32,875 bases of DNA from Nanobdellota archaeon (lineage in GTDB: Archaea > Nanobdellota > Nanobdellia > Woesearchaeales > GW2011-AR9), in assembly GCA_018812765.1 (NCBI GenBank), contig JAHJDB010000041.1:1-32875 (forward strand). The letters run 5' to 3'. The notes under the pieces are model-generated. The model ran no database searches, had not been told where the DNA came from, and worked only from the letters and a program-made list of their open reading frames with translations. Shown here piece after piece: positions 1 through 8,647 of the stretch; the first letter of the stretch is position 1; each line of letters begins with the position of its first letter. Both the position numbers and the translations under genes were made by a program.

Positions 1-216
1 CTTAACTTAATGACATTGGCTTGCTCCGTTGGGTAGTCGGTTTTCAGGATTTCTCTTTTATTATTGTTTTTATGATTGTTTTTTTCATCATAGTTAATTA
101 GTTCATGTATTTAGCTTACCATTAACTTCTTTAAATTAATTATTTTTTATCAACAAGAAAAATAAGAACTATCTTGAACTTTTTGAAAAATCTAAAAGAA
201 AAATAAAACTAAGTCC

Positions 217-3200
217 TTAACCACATCCCCCTGAAGAGGTTCCACAAATCTCACAGATTTGACAGGTTCCAGACTGCTTAAACTGAGAGGCACCGCAGTT
301 AGTGCATTTCTCTTCAGTAGATTTTTCTTCAAAAATTCTAGTGGCATTTCTTTTGAGACTTTCGGGGGTAGTCCCTGGAATAGATTCTTCTCTAAATTCT
401 TGCAGAAAAGAACCTAGTTCAGATATTAAAGGGTTACCTTGGACATTTAAACTCTGTACCGCTATAATTGCTGGAGCCATTCCATTTTTAAGGTGTAAAT
501 TTACTGAACCTATTAAAGCATCCATCATCGACCGGTTGATAGGAGTTAAGCCATCCAGGGAATAATTGACCTTGCTTATTTTTCCAGAATTCATCTCTGC
601 AGAAAAGATTAGATCTCGAGGACCGACCTTAACTTTCCGTTTGATTATTTCTTTAACCGGCTCTTCTTTCTCATCAAGAACATCTTTCAATTCAGGAGCT
701 TTTTCAAGCGTAGTGTTTAAAGGCTGGCTAAGCTTACATCCATCTCTGTAAAGTGCAACAGCTTTGATCATCATGGTCCAAGCATCAAAATAGGTTTTTT
801 TAATCTGTTCAACAGTCCATTCTTCAGGCATGTTTACAGTTTTAGATATCGCTCCAGAGACAAACGGCTGTACTGCTGCCATCATCTTTAAATGTCCGTA
901 AGGATGAATGTATCTTGTTCCTTTGCTGCCACACCTGTTGGCACAGTCAAAGACCGGGAAATGCTCTTCTTTTAAATGAGGTGCACCTTCCAAAGTCATG
1001 GTTCCACAGACATATTCGTTTGCTTTAGAGATTTTTTCTTCACTGAAGTCTTCAAGCAATCCATTAAAAGCATATCTTAGATCCATTGCACTCTTCAAAC
1101 TTTTTTCAGCTTCTTCAATCTTTTTGATGCCGGCCCCTTTTTTTAGCAAGGATTCCGTGTTGATGTCAGGACAGCCTTGAAGTGTGCCATGGCCTAAACA
1201 ATAAGCTTCAATCTCTTTAATCTGTTGATCGGTGTATCCTAACGTCTTTAAGGCTGGGGGAACTGATTTGTTTACCAACTTTAGCATCCCTCCGCCAGCT
1301 AATTTCTTGAATTTAACTAAAGCATAGTCTGGTTCGACTCCGGTAGTGTCACAGTCCATGACGAAAGAGATAGTTCCTGTCGGAGCTAACACCGTCACTT
1401 GAGCATTTCTGTATCCATATTCTTTACCTAAAAGAAGAGCTTTATCCCAGGAATCATGGACTGCTTCCAAAAGTTCAGCAAGACATTTTTCTTGATCTAA
1501 AGGTATTGGTTTAACAGTCAAACCTTCGTAATCATCAAAACCATAAGCGGCGCTACGATGGTTGCGGATGACTCTTAACATGCTTTCCTTATTTTCTCCG
1601 TATCTTTCAAAAGGTCCTAAGACTGAAGCTAACTCGGCAGAAGCAGCATAACTATCTCCGGTCATAATTGCTGTCAACGCTCCAGCGATAGTTCTTCCTT
1701 TATCACTATCATAAGGAACCCCTTGTAGCATCAATAGACAGCCGATGTTAGCATACCCTAAACCTAAAGTTCTATATTCATAACTTTTCAGAGCAACTTC
1801 TTCCGAAGGGAAGTGAGCCATTAACACGGAAATTTCCAAGGCAATGGTCCATAATCTTATAGCATGCCTGTATCCCGAGATATCAAATCTACCGTCAGCA
1901 TAAAACTTAGCTAAATTAATCGATGCTAAATTACAAGCAGTATCATCTAAAAACATGTATTCGCTGCAGGGATTAGAACCATTAATCTTACCCCCGGCAG
2001 GACAGGTATGCCATTCGTTGATGGTTGTATCAAACTGTACTCCTGGATCAGCAGAAGCCCAAGCACAATAACCTACTTCGTCCCATAATCCTTCTGCAGA
2101 AACTGTAGTCATTATTTCTCCAGTAGTTCTTGCTTTCAAGCCCCATTCTTTTCCTTCTTGCAGAGCTTCAAAAAATTCGTTAGGAATTCTCACAGAATTA
2201 TTACTGTTCTGTCCAGAAACAGTAACGTAAGCTTCAGATTCATAGTGAGTATCGAACTCTTGTAATGGTAATTCATAACCTTGTTTAGCTAGATCTAAGG
2301 CTCTTACAAGATAATTTATCGGTATTCTTCCTTCAGCAGCTTCCTTGATGGCTTTACGGACTTCTTTATCTTCTAAAGGATTTTCTTTATTCTTTGCTAA
2401 CTTGATTAGCTTAGATAATCTTTCTTTCAAGATTTTACTTCCGGCGACCAAGGAAGCAACTTTCTCTTCTTCTCTGACTTTCCACCAAATGAAATCTTGG
2501 ATTTCTGGATGGTCCAGGTCTAAGCTGACCATCTTGGCAGCTCTTCGAGTAGTTCCTCCGGATTTTACCGAACCAGCAGCATAGTCAAAGATTTTTAGGA
2601 AGCTCATCAATCCCGAACTGGAGCCTCCGCCAGACAGGATTTCTCCTTTTCCTCTTAAAGTAGAAAAATTACTTCCTGAACCACTTCCGTACTTAAATAC
2701 TCTTGCTTCTTTGGTTAATAGATTGAAGATGCCTCCTTTACCGACTAGATCATCATTAATCTTTTGGATAAAACAGGCATGAGGCTGATTTCTGGTATAA
2801 GCATCTTTTGAATATTCTAATTTTTTAGTTGCTGGATCAACATAACTGTGGCCTTGAGCCGGTCCGGTGATCCCATAAGCCCAATTTAATCCTGTTGAGA
2901 ACCATTGCGGGGAATTTGGAGCAGCATATTGGTTAATAATCATATAGACCATTTCTTCATAAAATACAGTGGCATCTTCCGGAGTGGAAAAATATCCATA
3001 CCTTTCTCCCCAACGTCTCCAACATCCAGCGATACGGTGAGCTACTTGTTTGATGCTGGTTTCACTTCCAGTTATTACTTTTCCATTTTCATCTAATAAT
3101 AATTCTCCTTCATCATTCTTTAGAGGCACTCCTGCTTTTCTGAAATATTTCTGGGCGAGAATGTCTGTGGCAGTCTGGCTCCAGAAAGCAGGAACTTCTA

Positions 3201-3354
3201 CATCATCCATACTAAATACAAATGATCCATCCGGATTTCTGATGCTTGAAGACCTTTTCTCGTAAGTGCACATTTCAAATGGACTTACACCTGCTTTAGT
3301 AAAGTGTCTAAGTATCTGAAGCCCTTTTTTTTGTGATAAAGTTTCTTGTTCCAT
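217..3354 (-). CDS. nrdJ: Class II (adenosylcobalamin-dependent) ribonucleotide reductase
   Basis: Motifs APNSPQW, QPHACFI, GGTTRRAAKM, SNPCSEY (radical Cys), ACNLAS, LAPTGTIS, GAISKTVN and YRDG. C-terminal Zn ribbon CTNC...CEICGTSSGGCG. ATG at 3354 preferred over TTG at 3363. Confidence 0.95.
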   Translation of the reverse strand: MEQETLSQKKGLQILRHFTKAGVSPFEMCTYEKRSSSIRNPDGSFVFSMDDVEVPAFWSQTATDILAQKYFRKAGVPLKNDEGELLLDENGKVITGSETSIKQVAHRIAGCWRRWGERYGYFSTPEDATVFYEEMVYMIINQYAAPNSPQWFSTGLNWAYGITGPAQGHSYVDPATKKLEYSKDAYTRNQPHACFIQKINDDLVGKGGIFNLLTKEARVFKYGSGSGSNFSTLRGKGEILSGGGSSSGLMSFLKIFDYAAGSVKSGGTTRRAAKMVSLDLDHPEIQDFIWWKVREEEKVASLVAGSKILKERLSKLIKLAKNKENPLEDKEVRKAIKEAAEGRIPINYLVRALDLAKQGYELPLQEFDTHYESEAYVTVSGQNSNNSVRIPNEFFEALQEGKEWGLKARTTGEIMTTVSAEGLWDEVGYCAWASADPGVQFDTTINEWHTCPAGGKINGSNPCSEYMFLDDTACNLASINLAKFYADGRFDISGYRHAIRLWTIALEISVLMAHFPSEEVALKSYEYRTLGLGYANIGCLLMLQGVPYDSDKGRTIAGALTAIMTGDSYAASAELASVLGPFERYGENKESMLRVIRNHRSAAYGFDDYEGLTVKPIPLDQEKCLAELLEAVHDSWDKALLLGKEYGYRNAQVTVLAPTGTISFVMDCDTTGVEPDYALVKFKKLAGGGMLKLVNKSVPPALKTLGYTDQQIKEIEAYCLGHGTLQGCPDINTESLLKKGAGIKKIEEAEKSLKSAMDLRYAFNGLLEDFSEEKISKANEYVCGTMTLEGAPHLKEEHFPVFDCANRCGSKGTRYIHPYGHLKMMAAVQPFVSGAISKTVNMPEEWTVEQIKKTYFDAWTMMIKAVALYRDGCKLSQPLNTTLEKAPELKDVLDEKEEPVKEIIKRKVKVGPRDLIFSAEMNSGKISKVNYSLDGLTPINRSMMDALIGSVNLHLKNGMAPAIIAVQSLNVQGNPLISELGSFLQEFREESIPGTTPESLKRNATRIFEEKSTEEKCTNCGASQFKQSGTCQICEICGTSSGGCG

Positions 3355-3623
3355 TTTATACAACCCCTTTTTTATAATAAATAATATTTAAATGATATTT
3401 AGATGATGTTATCTTGTCTTAAAAGTAAAAACATCCTTCACCTCTTTGAATGTTTCTACCTAAACAACCCCCGTTTTGATGGTACTTTTCTTAATCTATT
3501 TAAATGTTTTTTACTACTGAGAAATATGGTTTCTAGTGACCGATAGATTATTAAAAGTTTTGAGTAATGATTACGGATAAAGGCCATTAATAAGAAGCAG
3601 ATGATTAATAAGTTAAGATGTTT

Positions 3624-4304
3624 TTACTGAAATATTTTTTCTTTATCCTTATCATTCAAAAACCGATATCTCTTTTCTTCTAAATCTCCTAAACCTAATT
3701 TTCCTACTCTTACCCTTTGTAAAAAAAGTACTTTGAACCCTAAAGCAGAAAAGATTCTTCTGATGATGCGGTTTCTGCCTTCATGGATAGTAACTTCTAG
3801 GAGATTATTTGCTAATAATTTCACTTTTGCCGGGGCAGTCATTCCGTCTTCCAGATCAACACCTTTTTCAATTTGATTAATCTCTTTATTTTTGATTGGT
3901 TTTTCAATTTCTACTAAGTAAGTCTTTTTTATTTCATGTCGGGGATGCATAATCTGGTTGGCAAAGTCTCCATCATTTGTCAACAGAAGTAGACCGGTAG
4001 TATTGTAATCTAGTCTGCCGATAGGGAAGACTCTTTCTTTAATTTTGATATAGTCCATGACCGTTTTATATCGTTCGTCCGTTAAGGCAGTAACGCAGCC
4101 AGGGGGCTTATTGAAAATCAGATATACTTTTTTTTCTTTTCTTAAAGGTTTATTATCAACTAGAATTTGATCTTCTTCAGAAGCCTTGTCACCGATAGTG
4201 ATAACTTTTCCGTTAACTTTCACTCTTTCTTCTTGGATAAGCTCTTCTGCTTTTCTTCTGGAACAATATCCATAATTGCTTAATAGTTTCTGTACTCTTT
4301 GCAT
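3624..4304 (-). CDS. rRNA pseudouridine synthase, RsuA/RluB family (S4 plus catalytic domain)
   Basis: N-terminal S4 domain (RVQKLLSNYGYCSRRKAEELI), FNKPPG, catalytic GRLDYNTTGLLLLTNDG, EGRNRIIRR. Confidence 0.93.
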   Translation of the reverse strand: MQRVQKLLSNYGYCSRRKAEELIQEERVKVNGKVITIGDKASEEDQILVDNKPLRKEKKVYLIFNKPPGCVTALTDERYKTVMDYIKIKERVFPIGRLDYNTTGLLLLTNDGDFANQIMHPRHEIKKTYLVEIEKPIKNKEINQIEKGVDLEDGMTAPAKVKLLANNLLEVTIHEGRNRIIRRIFSALGFKVLFLQRVRVGKLGLGDLEEKRYRFLNDKDKEKIFQ

Positions 4305-4406
4305 AGGGTTAATTAATAAGTATCTAATATAAATTTTACTGAATTAGGATTTCATATTAGCCCTTAAACCTATAACATTTAAATATCTTTAAAAAATTCT
4401 TATAAT

Positions 4407-4922
4407 ATGTTGTTAATAATATTAAAGAGCCTTTATTTTTTCTTACCAGCATATTTTGCTAATATGGCTCCGGTTTTGTTAAGATGGATTCCGATCTTAG
4501 AGAAGCCCGTTAACGAAGAGCTGTTTGGAAAAAATAAGACCTGGCGGGGAATCCTGGTAGCTATTATTATAGGCTCTTTTGTTTTTTCAATCCAGAAAAT
4601 CTTATATGCAGTTGGGTTTCAAACCCTTTCCTTGATCAATTATAATGATTTTTCTCCTTTATTAGGTTTATTGTTAGGTTTAGGAGCGATACTTGGTGAC
4701 ATGATCAAAAGCTATTACAAAAGAAAACATCAGATTAAAGCCGGTAAACCGTGGTTATTTTGGGATCAGATCGATTTTGTGCTTGGCGGACTGATTCTGA
4801 GCTTGTTGATATACGTTCCACCGCCAGAAGTGGTTTTAATTATCTTGGTCTTTAGTCCGTTGTTACATTTGCTCGTAAATTATATCGGCTACTTGTTAAA
4901 GATCAGAGATGTAAAATATTAA
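4407..4922 (+). CDS. carS: CDP-archaeol synthase (CarS family)
   Basis: Hydrophobic 171 aa with PAYFANMAP, FGKNKTWRG, GDMIKSYYKR and WDQIDFVLG motifs typical of CarS. Confidence 0.88.
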   Translation: MLLIILKSLYFFLPAYFANMAPVLLRWIPILEKPVNEELFGKNKTWRGILVAIIIGSFVFSIQKILYAVGFQTLSLINYNDFSPLLGLLLGLGAILGDMIKSYYKRKHQIKAGKPWLFWDQIDFVLGGLILSLLIYVPPPEVVLIILVFSPLLHLLVNYIGYLLKIRDVKY

Positions 4923-4932
4923 GAGGTAAAAA

Positions 4933-5436
4933 ATGTTGATAGATCGTGTTTTGGACAGTGAAAAGACAGTAAAAATAATAGATATAGTATCTTCTCTTAA
5001 AGATTATAGCTGGGTCTTTCAGAAGAGTTTCTCTTTTACAAAGAACGAAGAAAAAGAATTTACTTATTATGTTAATAATGAAGTGCTTTCTTGGCATGAA
5101 GCAATATTAAAAGTCAAAGGAGTAGATTTTAAGAAGATTAATCTTCCTCCCCTTTCACAATATCTTCTGCCCATATTGGTTGATATGAACTACGAGGGGA
5201 TGTTTGGAACCGAGATCATCAAGTCCGGATTTGATTATGCTTTCGTGACTTCTACTAACGTTTCAAAAGGAATGCGTCTGGTAAATCTGCTTAGATCCGA
5301 TGATGACCATTTTCGCCTGTACGGGGTTAACGTGAAATATCCTTTGTTAAGAGATGGTGCTAGTGAGGAAGAGATTACGAGTTCAAGCATCTCTCAGAAC
5401 ATCTTAATTTCCGGACTGGTAACCTTGTTAAAATAA
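4933..5436 (+). CDS. Hypothetical protein
   Basis: 167-aa ORF with GAGGT SD, 10 nt after carS; no recognised motif. Confidence 0.65.
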   Translation: MLIDRVLDSEKTVKIIDIVSSLKDYSWVFQKSFSFTKNEEKEFTYYVNNEVLSWHEAILKVKGVDFKKINLPPLSQYLLPILVDMNYEGMFGTEIIKSGFDYAFVTSTNVSKGMRLVNLLRSDDDHFRLYGVNVKYPLLRDGASEEEITSSSISQNILISGLVTLLK

Positions 5437-5524
5437 GGCAGTTTCAGAAAACAGTTTTTTTGCCAGTTTTTTTAATCTTTAGCAGAACGATCAGAAAAAT
5501 AAAGTCTTTAATCAGATCTTTAAA

Positions 5525-5746
5525 CTATAAGCCCATGTTTCCGGTACTCAAATCCATCAATATACCTTCTAATTCGTATTGTTTCCCTTCTTCACAGAAT
5601 TCGTAAGGGCTTTTACCTAGTCTTTTATTAAAATCATAAAACCAACGAACCAAGTCTTCTTTATTAGGAAAATAAGCATCAAGAACCTTACTTAAGTCTG
5701 TTCCGGCAGTTTGGTATACATCATCTATCTTATTATATTGATCCAT
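5525..5746 (-). CDS. Small protein resembling the Xre/MbcA/ParS antitoxin C-terminal (DUF2384-like) domain
   Basis: Pattern YFPNKEDLVRWFYDFNKRLGKSPYEFCEEGKQYELEGILMDLSTG matches the F..W...N..LG..P......G....V...L.....G consensus by eye. Confidence 0.5.
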   Translation of the reverse strand: MDQYNKIDDVYQTAGTDLSKVLDAYFPNKEDLVRWFYDFNKRLGKSPYEFCEEGKQYELEGILMDLSTGNMGL

Positions 5747-5787
5747 AATTTGACAAAATTAAAACAACTATTTAAATCTATTTTTTA

Positions 5788-6354
5788 TTACTTAAATCTA
5801 TTTCTTTTATTAACTAACCAGCTAATCTCTTTAACCAAAGAATAGATGACAATAGCTCCGGCTATAAAATAACTGCCTATCAATAAAGTAATCTTAGTGG
5901 GCATTAGAGGAAAAAGAATTATTATCAATGTACCTAAATAGGTCGTTCTCAGGAAATATATCGGAGATTTAGCTTTAGAAAGAAGATGGATCATCACAGT
6001 CACTAAAAATAGTCCAGCAACAAAATAAGGATAATAATCTTGTAGATACCATCCTAACTTAATTAATATAAGGAAAGTGATTAATGAATCTGTAGACAAG
6101 TCAAAATATTTACCAAACTCGCTTGTTTTTGAAATTCTGGCGATCAAGCCGTCTAACCCATCAGCTAAGAGGTGCAGGATAGCAAACAATACAAACAACA
6201 CATAATTTGAGAAAAGAAAAAAAATTGCCGTTAATCCAAACAATAAAGATAAGGACGTCATCATGTTTGCGCTAATCCCTAATTGATGTAATCGTCTAGC
6301 TGTTCCGGAAAATTTTTTAGTCCTGAATTTTCGGGATTTTTCTATAACTTCCAT
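5788..6354 (-). CDS. CDP-alcohol phosphatidyltransferase family protein
   Basis: Signature DGLDGLIARISKTSEFGKYFDLSTD, ISANMMT segment, multiple TM helices. Confidence 0.9.
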   Translation of the reverse strand: MEVIEKSRKFRTKKFSGTARRLHQLGISANMMTSLSLLFGLTAIFFLFSNYVLFVLFAILHLLADGLDGLIARISKTSEFGKYFDLSTDSLITFLILIKLGWYLQDYYPYFVAGLFLVTVMIHLLSKAKSPIYFLRTTYLGTLIIILFPLMPTKITLLIGSYFIAGAIVIYSLVKEISWLVNKRNRFK

Positions 6355-6406
6355 TTTTAATTTATTGTCCGTAATATATATAAAGAAACTCTATAAAAAT
6401 GTTCCT

Positions 6407-6673
6407 ATGTATCAGTTGGAGTTAAATAAAGCAATCGAACAGATTAAGGAGAGCAAAGCCAAGACTGTTTGCATCCAATTACCGGATGGTCTAAAGAGCA
6501 AATCTAAAGAGATTGTCGATGAGCTTGAATCTAAAACCAAAGCAACCGTATTGATTTGGTTAGGTAGCAATTTTGGCTCTTGCGACATACCTTTAGGTTT
6601 AGAACGGTTAAAAGTAGACTTTTTAATCTGTTGGGGCCACAATCAATTTCATAAGAAGGAGGAAGGCTGGTAA
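6407..6673 (+). CDS. dph2: Diphthamide biosynthesis enzyme Dph2, N-terminal domain (split gene, part 1)
   Basis: VCIQLPDGLK, FGSCD (first Fe-S Cys), WGH; ATG at 6407 preferred. Confidence 0.85.
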   Translation: MYQLELNKAIEQIKESKAKTVCIQLPDGLKSKSKEIVDELESKTKATVLIWLGSNFGSCDIPLGLERLKVDFLICWGHNQFHKKEEGW

Positions 6674-6687
6674 GCTATTATTGTAAG

Positions 6688-7401
6688 ATGAAAACCTTGT
6701 TCTTAGATGCACCTTACGCAGGGCTAGTTGAACTATCTCCGGAAACTTTAGACTATTTGATTAAAAAAGGTTATAAAAAAGTAGGCTTATATGCTTCTGT
6801 TCAGTTTGTAAATCGTTTAGAAGAAATAAAAAAACAGTTAGAAAGGAATAAGATTAAAGCTTTAACTTCAAGACCAGATAGAGCTCATGTTGAATCTCAA
6901 CTTTTGGGGTGTAATGTTCATGGTTTAAACTTAGAGGGAGATGTTGATTGTTACCTCTACGTCGGAGACGGGAAATTTCATCCCTTAGCTTTAGTTTACT
7001 CTCAGAAGAAAGGACAGAAAGAAGTAGTTTGCGACGACCCCTTAAGCCGGAAAATGAGCTTATTATCTCGGGAAAAGGTTAAGACAACCTTAAAGAAGTA
7101 TAAATCTTTTTTGATGAAGTTCTTGACAGCAAAAATTGTCGGAATAATTATCACTCTTAAGCCTGGACAAGAGCATTATGCTTTTAGTCAGAAACTTAAA
7201 GAAAAGTATCCGGACAAGAGGTTTTATTACTTTATTGATAATAATATTTCTTTTGAGCAGTTAGAGAATTTTCCTTTTGTAGATGTTTGGGTCAATACGG
7301 CTTGTCCCAGGATTGCTTTAGAAGAGCAAGATAAATTTCTGAAAGGAGTCATTAATTTGAATGATGCTTTGAATGCTAATGAAGTTTTAGCAGGTTTTTG
7401 A
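6688..7401 (+). CDS. dph2: Diphthamide biosynthesis enzyme Dph2, domains 2-3 (split gene, part 2)
   Basis: SVQF, QLLGCN, YVGDGKFHP, KPGQ, NTACPRI (second and third Fe-S Cys). Confidence 0.88.
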   Translation: MKTLFLDAPYAGLVELSPETLDYLIKKGYKKVGLYASVQFVNRLEEIKKQLERNKIKALTSRPDRAHVESQLLGCNVHGLNLEGDVDCYLYVGDGKFHPLALVYSQKKGQKEVVCDDPLSRKMSLLSREKVKTTLKKYKSFLMKFLTAKIVGIIITLKPGQEHYAFSQKLKEKYPDKRFYYFIDNNISFEQLENFPFVDVWVNTACPRIALEEQDKFLKGVINLNDALNANEVLAGF

Positions 7402-7489
7402 CTATTTCTGTGGTAATGCTTGTAGCTTGCTGTGATGATATGGTTTTTGGTGGGTTAGATTTATATACAATTAGATTTTTTAAATTAAA

Positions 7490-7984
7490 ATGTCAGAAAG
7501 ATTTTCTTCATCTCAGTTTGTGATTAAGTCTTCTCCGGAAGCGGTACAGTTTCAATACGGGATGTCTGGTAGGATGGCTTTAGTTGGAGCAGGAGTTGGA
7601 GGCATAGGCCTGTGGGCGCAGGATTTTTTCGATAAGGCAATGGGTTCATATTCTTTAGGTTGGACCATAATGTATGGGAGCATTTCAGCTTGTGGTCTGC
7701 TACTGTCTGGAGCGGGAATTTTAAAAACTTACGTTGAATCAAACTTAACGACTATCATCGATAAAGAAAAGAGGATTATCAGAAAAGAGTTTAAGCTTTC
7801 GAAGATCGAAGAAAAGTATGCTTCGATAGACCGGATTGATGCTATCGATTTTGGGAACGGTATCGGACCGGTATACGTAAGAGGAAAACTTGAAAAGAGT
7901 AAAAAACTTGAACTCTTGATCGCTACTTTACAGAAAAATCCGCAACAGCTTAAGAAAGACCTCGTCAGCTATCTGAATGATTGA
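7490..7984 (+). CDS. Hypothetical membrane protein (2 TM plus a possible bacterial PH-like beta domain)
   Basis: Two hydrophobic segments, then a beta-rich soluble region (TTIIDKEKRIIRK...YASIDRIDAID). Confidence 0.6.
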   Translation: MSERFSSSQFVIKSSPEAVQFQYGMSGRMALVGAGVGGIGLWAQDFFDKAMGSYSLGWTIMYGSISACGLLLSGAGILKTYVESNLTTIIDKEKRIIRKEFKLSKIEEKYASIDRIDAIDFGNGIGPVYVRGKLEKSKKLELLIATLQKNPQQLKKDLVSYLND

Positions 7985-8100
7985 GGCTCTCGGTTCTTTT
8001 TTTTTAAGATAGGAATGCCGGTCGGAAAAATTGTTTTTTTAAACTGATCTTTATCTGCCCTTAAATTTCTCTCGTCGAATAACCGACGGTAAAAAAAAGA

Positions 8101-8112
8101 AAAGTTTAAATA
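8101..8112 (+). promoter_or_regulatory. Archaeal BRE/TATA box for the 8189 gene
   Basis: A-rich BRE followed by TTTAAATA (8105-8112); GAGGTG SD before ATG 8189. Confidence 0.6.
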
Positions 8113-8188
8113 CTATAGTGGTTTCTTAAGAAACAGAAAACGCAAGGTTTTCTAAAATAAAACCATAAAAAGAGAGGTGTGGTAAATT

Positions 8189-8530
8189 ATGGCAACAGTA
8201 GTATGTAAGAGTGGAGTTAAAAAAGAGTCAGGCTACCTATATTTCGTCGATAAAAAAGGGAATGTAGCAAGAGCTAAGATGAGCAGAGCCGGACGGAAAA
8301 CAGGAAAAGCCAAAATAGAAGTAGTGTCTAAATGCGGAATTAAGAAAGAATCTGGTTTCTTATACTTCGTCGACAAAAACGGTAACGTAGCTAAAGCAAG
8401 CATGGCTCGGGGCAGAAAAGCTGGCAAGAAAAAAGCAGCTAAGAAAAAGCCTGTTAAGAAAGCAGCTAAGAAAGTAGTTAAGAAAGCTAAGAAACCTGCC
8501 AAGAAAGCAGCTAAGAAGAAAAGAAGGTAA
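8189..8530 (+). CDS. Basic chromatin/nucleoid protein: two tandem Cc1-like repeats plus a Lys/Ala/Pro-rich histone-H1-like tail
   Basis: Internal duplication (GVKKESGYLYFVDKKGNVARAKMSR / GIKKESGFLYFVDKNGNVAKASMAR) and C-terminal KKAAKKKPVKKAAKKVVKKAKKPAKKAAKKKRR. Confidence 0.7.
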   Translation: MATVVCKSGVKKESGYLYFVDKKGNVARAKMSRAGRKTGKAKIEVVSKCGIKKESGFLYFVDKNGNVAKASMARGRKAGKKKAAKKKPVKKAAKKVVKKAKKPAKKAAKKKRR

Positions 8531-8533
8531 AAT

Positions 8534-8570
8534 TCTTTTTCTTTTTTCTGTTTTTTTTTGTTTTTATGTT
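8534..8570 (+). terminator. Oligo-T archaeal intrinsic terminator region
   Basis: Several consecutive T-runs immediately after the stop at 8530. Confidence 0.55.
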
Positions 8571-8647
8571 CTGATGTTTTTATGTTCTTTTCATTGTTAT
8601 TTTAATGTAGCTATATTTTTATAAATTTTGACTATTTAAGGAGTTAT

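Noticed and set aside
1-125. Possible start of a minus-strand gene running off the window edge
   Set aside because: The frame open to the edge has an in-frame TAA just after the nearest ATG, and the other ATG frames stop quickly; cannot be supported.
302-3265. Several plus-strand ORFs (60-87 aa) inside nrdJ
   Set aside because: Antisense shadows of a well-supported gene, with no motifs. The same applies to the short antisense or overlapping ORFs within dph2, selU, smc, gyrB and others.
3364-3623. Cobalamin riboswitch or NrdR boxes upstream of nrdJ
   Set aside because: The region is very AT-rich with no B12-box pattern; only a weak AGAAA-N5-TTTCT palindrome that does not match the NrdR consensus convincingly.
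8233-8502. Hydrophobic 89-aa minus-strand ORF (FLAAFL repeats)
   Set aside because: Reverse complement of the Lys/Ala-rich tail of the 8189 gene.
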